Positions 27,896 to 37,403 of a DNA stretch of 64,000 nt are shown here, piece after piece. Below the pieces are notes generated by a model, which worked only from the letters and a program-made list of their open reading frames with translations, ran no database searches and was not told the DNA's origin. Origin of the DNA: an uncultured Clostridia bacterium (lineage in GTDB: Bacteria > Bacillota > Clostridia > Christensenellales > Borkfalkiaceae); NCBI GenBank assembly GCA_947053655.1, contig CAMRTO010000006.1, positions 867 to 64,866 of the forward strand, given 5' to 3'. Both the position numbers and the translations under genes were made by a program. Numbering within the stretch: position 1 is the first letter of the stretch; each line of letters begins with the position of its first letter.

Positions 27896-28688
27896 TTTTT
27901 TCCTCCTTTTTCCTGCCGGAAAGCACGTTCATGAGCACGACGGCTATAATCACGACAATAAAAATCAAAGTGGAAAGCGCCCAAAGCGCGGTCTTTGCTT
28001 CCGTCTGGCTGCCCTTCGTCGCGTTTACGACGTAAGTGCTTATCGTGTCGAACGTGGAAGGCTTTGTGTACGTTGTCACGAAATAATCGTCCAATGAAAG
28101 AGTTACCGCCAGCATAAAGCCCGAAAGTATGCCCGGAATAAGCTGGGGGATAACCACCTTGAACAGCGCCTGCGCGGGTGTTGCGCCCAAATCGAGCGCG
28201 GCTTCGTACAGGCTGTTGTCCATTTGTTTAAGCTTGGGCAGTATGGAAAGATATACAAAGGGCGCGGTGAGAACTATATGCCCAAGACCGAGCGGAATAT
28301 AAGTGTCCTTGCTTACCTGCATAATAACTATGAGAAGCACGCATATTGAAAAGCCGGTAACTATGTCTGCGTTTACTACCGGTATCTGGTTGACGGCGTT
28401 CAAAAGCGATTTGGTGACCTTTTTTGAATAAAACGCGCCTATCGCCCCGAAGGTTGCAAGCACGGTCGAAACAGCCGCGCAGACAACGGCAAGCACAATC
28501 GTGCCGAAAATCATGTTCCTCAGATCTTCGTCGGCAAAAAGATTGACGTAGTTTTTAAAGGAAAACCCGTTTGCCGGAGCGCCGACCATAGAAGCGTCCG
28601 TAAAGCTGTATACCGCAAGCACGACCACCGGCACGTAGATGAACGCAAGCACAAGGACCAACCATATTATGCCTAAATACTTTTTCAC
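27882..28688 (-). CDS. potC: ABC polyamine transporter permease
   Basis: 268 aa, 6 TM, EAA-type loop LYEAALDLGATPAQALFKVVIP. Confidence 0.88.
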   Translation of the reverse strand: MKKYLGIIWLVLVLAFIYVPVVVLAVYSFTDASMVGAPANGFSFKNYVNLFADEDLRNMIFGTIVLAVVCAAVSTVLATFGAIGAFYSKKVTKSLLNAVNQIPVVNADIVTGFSICVLLIVIMQVSKDTYIPLGLGHIVLTAPFVYLSILPKLKQMDNSLYEAALDLGATPAQALFKVVIPQLIPGILSGFMLAVTLSLDDYFVTTYTKPSTFDTISTYVVNATKGSQTEAKTALWALSTLIFIVVIIAVVLMNVLSGRKKEEKNESR

Positions 28689-29479
28689 AACAGCGTCCCC
28701 CTGTTGCCCGAATCCTTTTCGCTGAAACGGTTTGTGGCGAGCGTAACAATAAAAATTATGACGAGCAGCACGAGAGATATAAGCGCGCCGTTATTCCAGT
28801 CGTACGCGCTGAAATAACTGCCGATAAGGCTGCCCATAATGTATGTGCTGTTGTACAGCATATCCAAAACCACGTAGTTAGTCATGGAAGGGAGAAACAC
28901 CATAGTCACGCCCGAAATTATGCCCGGAACGGAAAGCGGCAGGGTTACGCGCATGAACACCGTAAATTTCCCCGCGCCCAAGTCCGCGGCGGCTTCCAGA
29001 TAGCTTTTGTCAAGCTTGGAAAGCGACGTGTAAAGGGGCAGTATCATGAAAGGCAGAAAGTCGTACGTCATACCCGTCACAGAATTGAAAAACGGATATT
29101 TCGAAATATTTCCCTCTATAAGCGAAAGTATTTCTTTAAGCGCGGTCACCCTGAGCGTGAAGTTAATCCACATGGGAAGTATGAAAAGCAGAAGCAAAGC
29201 GTACTTCTTTTTAAAGTTGCTTCTTGCCAGTATGTACGCCGTGGGATATGCTATCGCAAGGCAGACAAGCGTTGTAACGGCGGCAACCGCAAACGAATAT
29301 AAAAGCGTGCCGAGCGTGTTTGTGCTTGAAAAAAAGGCTGTAAAATTGGAGAAAGTAAACTTACCCTGTCCGTTTGTAAACGCGTGATACACAAGCACCA
29401 GCAGCGGTAATATTACAAACAGTATCAAAAAAACAGCGTACGGAATGCAAAGCTGTTTTCTGTTGAACCTCAGCTTCAT
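28685..29479 (-). CDS. potB: ABC polyamine transporter permease
   Basis: 264 aa, EAA loop YLEAAADLGAGKFTVFMRVTLP, with a 4-nt overlap with its neighbours. Confidence 0.88.
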   Translation of the reverse strand: MKLRFNRKQLCIPYAVFLILFVILPLLVLVYHAFTNGQGKFTFSNFTAFFSSTNTLGTLLYSFAVAAVTTLVCLAIAYPTAYILARSNFKKKYALLLLFILPMWINFTLRVTALKEILSLIEGNISKYPFFNSVTGMTYDFLPFMILPLYTSLSKLDKSYLEAAADLGAGKFTVFMRVTLPLSVPGIISGVTMVFLPSMTNYVVLDMLYNSTYIMGSLIGSYFSAYDWNNGALISLVLLVIIFIVTLATNRFSEKDSGNRGTLL

Positions 29480-30990
29480 TTAACGTCGTCCCCCGTAGCT
29501 TTTAACGTAAGCTTTATCTTTTCCTTGGGGATTATAACGCCGACCAGATCGCCCGTATTCCACAGGTCGGGGCAGGACAGCACGTAATCCTCCTCGTTTT
29601 CTTCGGTTCTGACAATATAGCGGTAATGGTCGCCCTTGTATATCATGGAAATGATATTTCCCTTTGCCCCGCCGGAGGACATGTCGTCCGTCATGGTAAT
29701 GGCGTGCGTGTCTACCTCAACGCAAACCTCCGTGCCGGTCAAATCTATTTTTTCGCCGCCGGCGGTTATAAGGTAACCTTCTTCGTCCAGATGCGAGCCC
29801 TTGTAAAGCTGAGTGACGTCGCAGGCGAAAACTCCGTCGCCGAACTCCACCGCGTTGGTTTTCGTAATGACTCCGTCGTATTTGTTGACGGTGTAGACCT
29901 TGCGCATAAGGTGTATTCCGTCAGGCTCTATGCGCATGCCTATGGTCGTGCCCGCCTCCGCATTGGACGTACTTTGTATTATAATTTCAAACTTGCCTAT
30001 GCCGACGGTTATTTCGTAATGGACGCCCTTGAAAACAGTCGACAGCACCTTGCCTTTAAGCTGCCCTTCCCCGGGCGAACAAATTTTAATATCCTCGGGG
30101 CGCACTACAACGTCCACAAGCTGGTTTATCTCGTAATCGTCAAGGCAGTCGAAGGTCGCGCCGCAAAATTTTACTTTGAGTTTGCCGACAACAGCGCCGT
30201 TGAAAATGTTGCTTTCGCCTATGAAGTCCGCAACGAAGGTGTTTACCGGCTCGTTATAAATTTCCGTAGGCGTGCCCGTCTGCTGTATTTCGCCGTCGTT
30301 TATGACGACTACTTTGTCCGACATGGTAAGCGCTTCTTCCTGGTCGTGCGTGACGTAGATAAAGGTTATGCCCAGTCTTTTGTGCATATTTTTAAGCTCG
30401 ATCTGCATTTCCTTGCGCATTTTAAGGTCAAGCGCGCCCAAAGGCTCGTCCAGAAGAAGAATTTCCGGCTCGTTAACGATAGCGCGCGCTATTGCTATAC
30501 GCTGCTGCTGTCCGCCCGATAAAGTGGAAACGCTCCTCTTTTCGAAGCCTTCCAAGTCGACTATTTCAAGCGCTTTTTTGACTTTTTTGTCTATTTCCGC
30601 ACGGGAAAGCTTCTGCTTTTTCGTATATTCGTCACCGTCTTTATTGCGGTATGTATTTATAACCCTTTTCAGCCGCAGACCGAACGCTATGTTTTCGTAA
30701 ACGTTTAAATGCGGAAAGAGCGCGTATTTCTGGAACACGGTGTTTACCGGTCTTTTATTGGGCGGCAGGCGGCTTATGTCCTCGCCGTCCAAAAGTATTT
30801 GTCCCGACGTGGGAAGCTCGAAGCCCGCAATCATTCTTAGCGTGGTGGTCTTGCCGCAGCCGGACGGGCCGAGAAAGGTAACAAACTCGCCCTTTTTTAC
30901 CTGTAAATTGAAATTTTCCACGGCAACGGTGTCGCCGTCGTAAACTTTTTTTACGTCTATCAACTCGATTATGTTTTCGCTTTTGCCCAT
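29476..30990 (-). CDS. potA: ABC polyamine transporter ATPase with an extra C-terminal domain
   Basis: ATG at 30990 (MGKSENIIELIDVKKVYDG) with SD AAGGAG. Walker A GPSGCGKTT, signature LSGGQQQR, Walker B LLLDEP. About 505 aa, compared with roughly 350-385 aa typical. Confidence 0.9.
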   Translation of the reverse strand: MGKSENIIELIDVKKVYDGDTVAVENFNLQVKKGEFVTFLGPSGCGKTTTLRMIAGFELPTSGQILLDGEDISRLPPNKRPVNTVFQKYALFPHLNVYENIAFGLRLKRVINTYRNKDGDEYTKKQKLSRAEIDKKVKKALEIVDLEGFEKRSVSTLSGGQQQRIAIARAIVNEPEILLLDEPLGALDLKMRKEMQIELKNMHKRLGITFIYVTHDQEEALTMSDKVVVINDGEIQQTGTPTEIYNEPVNTFVADFIGESNIFNGAVVGKLKVKFCGATFDCLDDYEINQLVDVVVRPEDIKICSPGEGQLKGKVLSTVFKGVHYEITVGIGKFEIIIQSTSNAEAGTTIGMRIEPDGIHLMRKVYTVNKYDGVITKTNAVEFGDGVFACDVTQLYKGSHLDEEGYLITAGGEKIDLTGTEVCVEVDTHAITMTDDMSSGGAKGNIISMIYKGDHYRYIVRTEENEEDYVLSCPDLWNTGDLVGVIIPKEKIKLTLKATGDDVK

Positions 30991-31000
30991 GTCCGTCTCC

Positions 31001-31534
31001 TTAAAAATTAGGCGGTGTGGAAATCCACAAAAATTTCGCCGTTCCGTTTCCGTTGTTTGATATATTGTGCGACTTGTCCGCCGCATAGTAAAAGGTTTCG
31101 CCCTTTTTGCAGATATATTTCTTTTTGCCCAGCTCCAGACATATCCTGCCTTCCAGCACGTATCCGAACTCCTCTCCCTCGTGAGGGAAATCGACCGACG
31201 TGGACGCGCCCGCCAACAGCTCTACAAGGACGGGTTCCATTTCGTTTTTCTGCGCGTTGGGTATTATCCATTTCAAAAGCATTCCGTTTTCATGCTTTTC
31301 TATGAAATCGTCGGCGGAGAAAACTATGCGCGCGTCGTCCTCCTTTTTGAAAAACTCCGCAAGGTCGGTACCCAAAGCCGAAAGAATGTCGCGCAAGGTA
31401 GAGATGGACGGCTCCGTCAAATCGTTTTCAAGCTGCGATATGTAGCCCTTGGTCAGCTCGCACCGGTCGGCAAGCTCCGCCTGCGAAAGGTTTAGCTGCA
31501 GCCTCAGCCGTTTTATTTTATTGCCTATATCCAT
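31001..31534 (-). CDS. XRE-family HTH plus cupin transcriptional regulator (PuuR-like)
   Basis: 177 aa, IKRLRLQLNLSQAELADRCELTKGYISQLEND and a C-terminal cupin (GEEFGYVLEGRICL...GETFYY). Confidence 0.85.
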   Translation of the reverse strand: MDIGNKIKRLRLQLNLSQAELADRCELTKGYISQLENDLTEPSISTLRDILSALGTDLAEFFKKEDDARIVFSADDFIEKHENGMLLKWIIPNAQKNEMEPVLVELLAGASTSVDFPHEGEEFGYVLEGRICLELGKKKYICKKGETFYYAADKSHNISNNGNGTAKFLWISTPPNF

Positions 31535-31597
31535 AATAATCCTCGGGATTAGAGATTTTAAACAAAAAGTTTAATAAAAATAAACCCAAACAAAATG

Positions 31598-31626
31598 ATT
31601 ATATATACGCCGCCCCCCTATGTCAA
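31598..31626 (-). promoter_or_regulatory. consensus promoter of the regulator-potABCD operon (TTGACA-17-TATAAT)
   Basis: On the minus strand, TTGACA (31621-31626) and TATAAT (31598-31603) have a 17-nt spacer, about 60 nt upstream of the ATG at 31534. Confidence 0.6.
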
Positions 31627-31668
31627 ATAATTTTTATATATCGATAAAAAAATTTTTTCAAGACGCGC

Positions 31669-31710
31669 AAAAACCGCCGAGCGGGAAAAATTTCCCGCTC
31701 GGCGGTTTTT
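31669..31710. terminator. rho-independent terminator after the SGNH esterase gene
   Basis: CCGCCGAGCGGGA-AAAATT-TCCCGCTCGGCGG, 13-bp stem flanked by an A-run and a T-run. Confidence 0.75.
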
Positions 31711-31723
31711 CTAAAACAGTAAT

Positions 31724-33361
31724 TTAAGCGCCCTGCGCATCGCCCGTTATTTCAAACCGAACGTTTGAAAATTCACAGGTCAACCCGCGATTGGCAAACA
31801 GACAAAGATACATATAATCATTGTCAACCGCAACAAAATCAAAGTCCGTAAAGGTCTGTTTAAACGTGCCGAACGTTACGTTAACCGTCTGCCCAATCCT
31901 TTCTATGGAAATGTTATAAACAGCGTCTACCGCAACGGCTGTGGAGTTGCTCGGTTTTGTAAGCTTGTCGTTTTCGCGATTAAACAGTACGGCGCTTCCG
32001 TTACCAAACGCTCCCGCCGTGACATAATTGCTCGTAATTGTATTATCGCTTTTATTAATATAAATATCGTCGCGAAGCATCATACCAAAACCGGTTTGAT
32101 TATTCACGCTTGCTAATTTCGTAATTACTTTAACACTTGCGCTTGCTTTGAAATTTTTGCTTGCATCTACTTGTATGAACGCGGCACCGAAGCCGTCGCT
32201 CGTATCGGTAAATTTACCGCTAGTGTTGCCGTGGTTACCTACAGTAAAGGTGTCGTTTTCATATTTTATTGTATATTCGGAAAAATTTTTTTGACCGCCG
32301 ACGTCCCCCATAATAGTAGCAAACCAATTACCATTCAGTTTGGTTGCCGTCGTATTTGACGGATCGAATGATTCAAAGTCAGGCTTCGAGAATTCCTCAT
32401 TAACGGCGGCAAGATAATCCGCTTCCGTCGGGGCGGTTAAATTTGTTCTTATATTTAATTTTAACGAACAGTCGGAGCTTAAAATTGTTTGAGCAAACTT
32501 ATAAGCAACCATTTTAGCGCCATACTTATTTATGTGCGTATCGTCGCGCCCGTTGGGAACTTTTTCAGCGCCGTCCAGTTTATACGTCGTGTGGGCATGG
32601 AATTTTTTTGCCGAGTCGTTATCCTTTTTGTATTCCGCTTTCGTCATCTCAGTCAAATCTACGACCGTTGTATTTGTAGCGGCACCCAATGTTTTGATTG
32701 CCGCCGCATAATCGCCGTCGGAAGTGTTATGAACCTTGGATCCAGTGTATTCGCCTTTTTCGTCATATCTTACTATGGGCGTACAGAGAATAGGCGTAGC
32801 ACCCTTTTCCTTAGCGACCTTGACATATTTTTCATTCAGAATATACTGAAATGAATCTCCCTTGGCAGTGGTCGGTTGGTCGTAAGCGCCCGCTGGGTCT
32901 GTAAAGCGCGCAGGCTCGTCGCTCTTTTCGTCGTTATGTCCGAAGCCTATAATCAAATAATCTCCCGCGGAAATAGAGCTTGTAAGCGTACTGTAATTTG
33001 CTTCCGTCAAAAAGCTTTTGGAGCTTCTGCCCGACATTGCCAAATTTACAATTTGATTTTGTTCGCAATTTATATAGTTATAAAGCTGCGTACCGTAACC
33101 GTAACGGGGAATGTAATAATTATCGTTAAAAGCGCAGACCGTGCTGTCGCCGACGAGGTAAATTTTACCCGTGAATGTTACGGAAGTATCTTGTTCGGGG
33201 GTCCCGCCTTCGGGAGGGGTGGTTGTGCCGCCCGGGGGAGTAGTCGTCCCGCCGTTTTCCTTATCTTTTCCCTTGCAGGCGGTCATGCCCAAGCAGGCGA
33301 ACGCAGTGCCGACACACAGTGCGGAAGCCAGAACCGCGCTTAAAACTTTTTTGCTTTTCAT
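31724..33361 (-). CDS. SGNH/GDSL hydrolase lipoprotein (rhamnogalacturonan acetylesterase-like) with a C-terminal beta-rich domain
   Basis: 545 aa. Lipobox LGMTAC, Gly/Thr/Pro linker, block I IYLVGDSTVC, GHND, and block V DDTHINKYGA. Confidence 0.8.
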   Translation of the reverse strand: MKSKKVLSAVLASALCVGTAFACLGMTACKGKDKENGGTTTPPGGTTTPPEGGTPEQDTSVTFTGKIYLVGDSTVCAFNDNYYIPRYGYGTQLYNYINCEQNQIVNLAMSGRSSKSFLTEANYSTLTSSISAGDYLIIGFGHNDEKSDEPARFTDPAGAYDQPTTAKGDSFQYILNEKYVKVAKEKGATPILCTPIVRYDEKGEYTGSKVHNTSDGDYAAAIKTLGAATNTTVVDLTEMTKAEYKKDNDSAKKFHAHTTYKLDGAEKVPNGRDDTHINKYGAKMVAYKFAQTILSSDCSLKLNIRTNLTAPTEADYLAAVNEEFSKPDFESFDPSNTTATKLNGNWFATIMGDVGGQKNFSEYTIKYENDTFTVGNHGNTSGKFTDTSDGFGAAFIQVDASKNFKASASVKVITKLASVNNQTGFGMMLRDDIYINKSDNTITSNYVTAGAFGNGSAVLFNRENDKLTKPSNSTAVAVDAVYNISIERIGQTVNVTFGTFKQTFTDFDFVAVDNDYMYLCLFANRGLTCEFSNVRFEITGDAQGA

Positions 33362-33665
33362 ACAATTCTCCTAAAAAATTATTTCAAACAGATAATAATA
33401 TCCGTGCGTTAATTTATTAACGCACAAGAGGGTACCCTCTTGCCTTCCGGTTTTATTAATTATATATTTTTGCCAAGCAGATATTTTTTGTATTTATTGT
33501 AATCTATGTCGATAACGGGTATTAAGCTTGCGCAGGCGTCCACGTTTATATGACGGTAAACGTCGCTACTGCCCCTGTCCGCAAAAAGTATGTTGCCCCG
33601 ACTATGGAATTGACAAGTCCGTCGTCGTCCGCGCGGCATAAAACCGCGTTAGAGTTACGGAAAAA

Positions 33666-33694
33666 ATTATACAACAAATTTGTGCGCAAGTCAA
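33666..33694 (-). promoter_or_regulatory. consensus promoter far upstream of the esterase gene (TTGACT-17-TATAAT)
   Basis: On the minus strand, TTGACT (33689-33694) and TATAAT (33666-33671) have a 17-nt spacer. This predicts a leader of about 300 nt. Confidence 0.5.
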
Positions 33695-33768
33695 TGGATA
33701 CGGTAAATAATCGGGTCATAAATACATCAGCCGCGCATGACTGTTTTAAACCCGCAGCGCGTCGACAG

Positions 33769-34155
33769 TCAATAGGCGTCGTCCGTTAACTGATATTCGT
33801 ATTTTATGACGTCGGTTTCGCTTTCGTCAAGGTTAGCCCTTTCGGCAACAATGCGCCTGAACTCCGCCAACCCGTCGAAGGCGGTAAGCCGGACAGCAGC
33901 TCGCCCGAGTGATATTCGTGGTCGGAAAGGGTTTCCAATAGCTTTTGCGTGTTTTCGTAACCGCTTCCGAAAAGCTTGAAAATTTCACTGAAACAAATAG
34001 ACGACGAAGGCGTCCGCCTTTTTGCCGCTTTTTAAAAACGCTTCCGTGGATTTGCGGAAACAGGTTATTTCGTTTTTCGGAATTTCGCCGCCGTTGTCGC
34101 AGCGGTTTTCAATCATATCGAAATAGCCGCCGCACAGTTGTAACAATGTGTTCAT
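33769..34155 (-). pseudogene. disrupted ORF of about 125 aa (two compensating frameshifts), family unknown
   Basis: Frame a gives MNTLLQLCGGYFDMIENRCDNGGEIPKNEITCFRKSTEAFLKSGKKADAFVVYLFQ then a stop. Frame b gives SEIFKLFGSGYENTQKLLETLSDHEYHSGELLSGLP. Back in frame a: TAFDGLAEFRRIVAERANLDESETDVIKYEYQLTDDAY then a stop. Confidence 0.4.
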
Positions 34156-34471
34156 AAGTTCACCTTTCTTTTTACGGCAAAAAACCGCTTTGTTTATTAT
34201 ATCACTAAAAACGCGCGCCGTCAATATTCGCCGCGGAATATATTGCGGCATTGACATTAATTACGTTTAGTGTTATAAAATAAGCATAACAAAAATCACG
34301 GAGAGGATATTATATCCGAAAGTAAAAGATTTGCTTGACAATTTGTATAAATTCGAATGTAAGCTTGAAGCTTGCGAGGACGGCAAATATCAATGCGTCG
34401 ACATAGGAATACCCGAAGAACTTGACAAAAACCGGCTTCAACTAATAAATTCCGATTAACAATAAATTACA

Positions 34472-34499
34472 CCCGTCCGCTTTTGCGGACGGGCGTTTT
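34472..34499. terminator. hairpin terminator downstream of the GH28 gene
   Basis: CCCGTCCGC-TTTT-GCGGACGGG, 10 nt from the stop at 34510. Confidence 0.65.
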
Positions 34500-34509
34500 A
34501 AATTACAAA

Positions 34510-36045
34510 TTAATTTATTTCCGTTTCTCCGACGCATTCGGTAAGCACTTCCCTGCCGCTTACTCCGCAAAACGTTACGTCTTTAAGCCGCACGCCTTCC
34601 GTAAAGCGGAAGTCCAGCCCGATATTTTTGACGGCTTCGTTTTTTTCGCGCATGTCGGGGAAGCCCGCTTCACAGTCCGCGTTATAGGTAAAGCTTACCC
34701 TTTCCAGCTCCACCCGCTTAATTGGAGATTCGGGCAAACCGTAAAACGCGCCCGCGGCGTATTCCACTCCGGTACATATGACGTCTTTAAAGCAGAAGCT
34801 GCCTACCTCCGGCGTGCGGTCGTCGACGGGAAGTTTTTTCGTACTCCACACGTATTCGGTATGTCCGTTTTCGTCGCCCATGTTGTAGTACATGTTTATG
34901 ACGAACGGTACCTTTACGTTTTTCATTATCACGTTTGAAAAATTTACGCCGTCGCACTTGCCTATATGCCCGCGTCCGCGCCGCGTCTTGATACGGAAGC
35001 CCCTGTCCGTTCCGTCGAATACGCACCGCTCGACAAACACATTTTCTATTCCGCCCGAAAGCTCGCTGCCGAACACGACGCCGCCGTGTCCCTCGCGCAT
35101 GAGACAGTTTCTTATTGTTATGTTTTTACAGGGTGTCCTGTACTTTTCCGCCGCCTCCAAAGTACAGGATTTTACCGCAATACAGTCGTCGCCGACGGAT
35201 ATGTCCGCACCTATTATTTCAACGCCGTCGCAACAGTCGGGGTCCACCCCGTCGGTCGTGGGCATTTCGGGCGGGTTTTGCAAGCTTAAATCGTAAAGCT
35301 TTACGTCTTTGCAGAAGTACGGGTGTATATTCCAGCTTGCTGTATTCTTGACCGTCACGCCCTGCACAAGCACGTCTTCGCAGCGGTTGAAAAACATTCC
35401 CCTCGGTCTCCACGCGCCCCTTTTTACGCGGTGGTTCACGTACCAGTCGCCGTCAGCCGCGTTGCAGTTTATTTCGCCCTCGCCGATAACGGCGATATTT
35501 TTTTGCCCGTATGAATACAGCGGCGAAGCGAAGCAGTCCGCCTCCTCGCCCTGCCAGGTACCGAAGTTAAGCGTTCCGTCCGCGCACTTTATAACTGCGG
35601 GTAAAACGGGATATTGCTCCCTGTCCGTGCGGAACGAAAGGCGCGCGCCCTTTTCGAGATAAACCGTTATACCGCTTTTGAGAAAGAGCGGTCCGACGGC
35701 ATATATCCCTGCGGGAACGGTCACAATGCTTCCCGAGGGCATACAGTTTATTGCCGCGGCAAAAGCGTCGGTATCGTCGTGCTTTCCGTCGCCCCTTGCG
35801 CCGAAAAGCTTCACGTCCGCCTCGGCAAACGGCGCGGGCGGTATAAACTCCGCACGCTCGCCGCACGCCTCTACGGTATAGCTTTTCCCGCCTTCCAAAC
35901 CGAAAAGCGAAAACACGTTTTTATCGGTCTTTTTTACGGCTTTGCCGTTCAGGGTTACGGCAAATTCCGCGGGCGCAAAATATGCGGTTTTATTGTTTTC
36001 AAGCTCTAACGTCACGCTTTTGTAAGTAAGGCATAAAATTTTCAT
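34510..36045 (-). CDS. glycoside hydrolase family 28 (polygalacturonase / exo-galacturonosidase-like)
   Basis: ATG at 36045 (MKILCLTYKS) lies 2 nt after the upstream stop. FGARGDGKHDDTDAFAAAI start of a pectate-lyase-fold beta helix, with GH28-like NTASWNIHP, TDGVDPD, GDDCIAVKS and REGHGG blocks. Confidence 0.85.
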   Translation of the reverse strand: MKILCLTYKSVTLELENNKTAYFAPAEFAVTLNGKAVKKTDKNVFSLFGLEGGKSYTVEACGERAEFIPPAPFAEADVKLFGARGDGKHDDTDAFAAAINCMPSGSIVTVPAGIYAVGPLFLKSGITVYLEKGARLSFRTDREQYPVLPAVIKCADGTLNFGTWQGEEADCFASPLYSYGQKNIAVIGEGEINCNAADGDWYVNHRVKRGAWRPRGMFFNRCEDVLVQGVTVKNTASWNIHPYFCKDVKLYDLSLQNPPEMPTTDGVDPDCCDGVEIIGADISVGDDCIAVKSCTLEAAEKYRTPCKNITIRNCLMREGHGGVVFGSELSGGIENVFVERCVFDGTDRGFRIKTRRGRGHIGKCDGVNFSNVIMKNVKVPFVINMYYNMGDENGHTEYVWSTKKLPVDDRTPEVGSFCFKDVICTGVEYAAGAFYGLPESPIKRVELERVSFTYNADCEAGFPDMREKNEAVKNIGLDFRFTEGVRLKDVTFCGVSGREVLTECVGETEIN

Positions 36046-36047
36046 TA

Positions 36048-37139
36048 CTACACCGTCATAAGACCGCAACCCATAAGTATAAGCACGGTCGCGAATATTG
36101 TTATTATGGAGCCCAAACTCGTCCACACGACGTATTGGGTCGCAAGCTGTTCGTCGTTTTTCATTGCCCCCGCCATAATGGCGCTGGAAACAGCCACGGG
36201 CGTGCCGAACAGCGCGATAAGCGTGGGATATACCGCGTCCAAATCGTTCAACACGGGCGTAAGCTTACTGAACAGAACAGCAAGCCCTATGCCTATAAGC
36301 GGGGCGAAAACTATCCTCCACACCGTGCCGATTACTATTTCCTTTGTCATGCCCTTTACGGCAGAAAACTCGAACTGACCCCCGAGTATCACAAGGGCAA
36401 GCGGCGTGGCGACGGACTTAATATCCTTTATTGCGGTATATAAAAATTTCAATTGATTGTTCAGCGCAAACGGAACTTCCCCTCCGCAGCAGGCGCGCTC
36501 TATCTCCCTTATGCCGACAAAAAGCAGTCCCACGGCAACGCCTATGATAAGCGGATTTTTTATTATGTTAAGCAGTATATCCTTTGCGCTTTTGCCGAAC
36601 CTTTTAGCTTTCGATACGGGCGGCGCTTCGACGGAAACCCCGTCTATGCTTTCCGCAACCTCGGGAGAAGGTTCCTTAACGAATACGGAAAGAGCTATAA
36701 CCGCAAGTATATTGAATACCGGTATGGAAAACGCGGATATAACGCTTGCTATACCGACGTCACCGCCAAGCCTTTCCACCAGCGCAAGCCCTATAATTGC
36801 GAAGTTACTGCGGAACGAGCATTGAAGTATTACCCCGCGCCTGTCCGCGCGCTTTGTTGTGAGTATTGCCGTGACAAGACCCAGCCCGAATATCAGGCAA
36901 ATAACAATTACGGCATATAGAACTATATCCCAGCGGATATCCGCAAAGCTGTCCATTCCGTCGTATATATTGAAAAACAGCATGCACGGAAGGCAGACTT
37001 TAAAGACAAATCCGTTGCCGACCTTTAAAAAATTCCCGTTCAAAATTTTAATGCGTTTTAAAAAATAACCCAGCAATATAAGCAAAATAATAGGCAGTAT
37101 CGCGTTTATGCAGGTTAAAACAATTTCACCCATAACCAT
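36048..37139 (-). CDS. AEC (auxin efflux carrier) family transporter
   Basis: Multi-TM. N-terminus MVMGEIVLTCINAILPIILLILLGYFLKRIKIL is typical of the AEC family. The ORF-track start at 37172 is TTG, so the internal ATG is preferred. The exact start is uncertain. Confidence 0.75.
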   Translation of the reverse strand: MVMGEIVLTCINAILPIILLILLGYFLKRIKILNGNFLKVGNGFVFKVCLPCMLFFNIYDGMDSFADIRWDIVLYAVIVICLIFGLGLVTAILTTKRADRRGVILQCSFRSNFAIIGLALVERLGGDVGIASVISAFSIPVFNILAVIALSVFVKEPSPEVAESIDGVSVEAPPVSKAKRFGKSAKDILLNIIKNPLIIGVAVGLLFVGIREIERACCGGEVPFALNNQLKFLYTAIKDIKSVATPLALVILGGQFEFSAVKGMTKEIVIGTVWRIVFAPLIGIGLAVLFSKLTPVLNDLDAVYPTLIALFGTPVAVSSAIMAGAMKNDEQLATQYVVWTSLGSIITIFATVLILMGCGLMTV

Positions 37140-37233
37140 CCCCTTTGTACGTTTACGCGGACAGTATATCAAAAAAAATTTGCATTGTCAATTTTAGATA
37201 ATCGGCGTTTTATGTATTGATTTCCGCTTACAC

Positions 37234-37255
37234 GAAAAAAAGCGGCGCACCGCTT
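37234..37255 (-). terminator. terminator 3 of 3 downstream of the RHS cassette
   Basis: On the minus strand, AAGCGG-TGCG-CCGCTT is followed by TTTTTTT. Confidence 0.6.
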
Positions 37256-37283
37256 TATTCTGAGGTTTACCGAAGAATCTTAA

Positions 37284-37314
37284 TTAAAAATAAGTGGCGC
37301 AATATTGCGCCACT
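37284..37314 (-). terminator. terminator 2 of 3 downstream of the RHS cassette
   Basis: AGTGGCGCAATATTGCGCCACT palindromic hairpin followed by TTATTTTT on the minus strand. Confidence 0.6.
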
Positions 37315-37403
37315 ATTTCAGGAATACCTTATTATTTGATGCTTAACGCAATTCAGAACATTATAGTATACTGTCACACTACCGCGCCAACATTATAAAT
37401 TTA

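Noticed and set aside
29626-30522. 298-aa plus ORF
   Set aside because: It lies antisense to potA, which carries Walker A/B and ABC signature motifs on the minus strand.
33550-33789. 79-aa plus ORF in the esterase upstream region
   Set aside because: It has no SD and overlaps a consensus minus-strand promoter and the tail of the decayed minus ORF. Its composition is not protein-like.
34271-34459. Plus-strand open frame behind an SD-like GGAGAGGA
   Set aside because: It has no ATG, GTG or TTG anywhere in the open frame. It is reported only as a fragment within a finding, not as a gene.
37080-37172. Apparent frameshift in the N-terminus of the AEC transporter during hand translation
   Set aside because: My manual codon reading near two homopolymers (about 37080 and about 37141) disagreed with the ORF track, which shows one continuous 374-aa frame. 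I attribute this to my own base counting and trust the computed ORF. Only the start codon choice remains uncertain.
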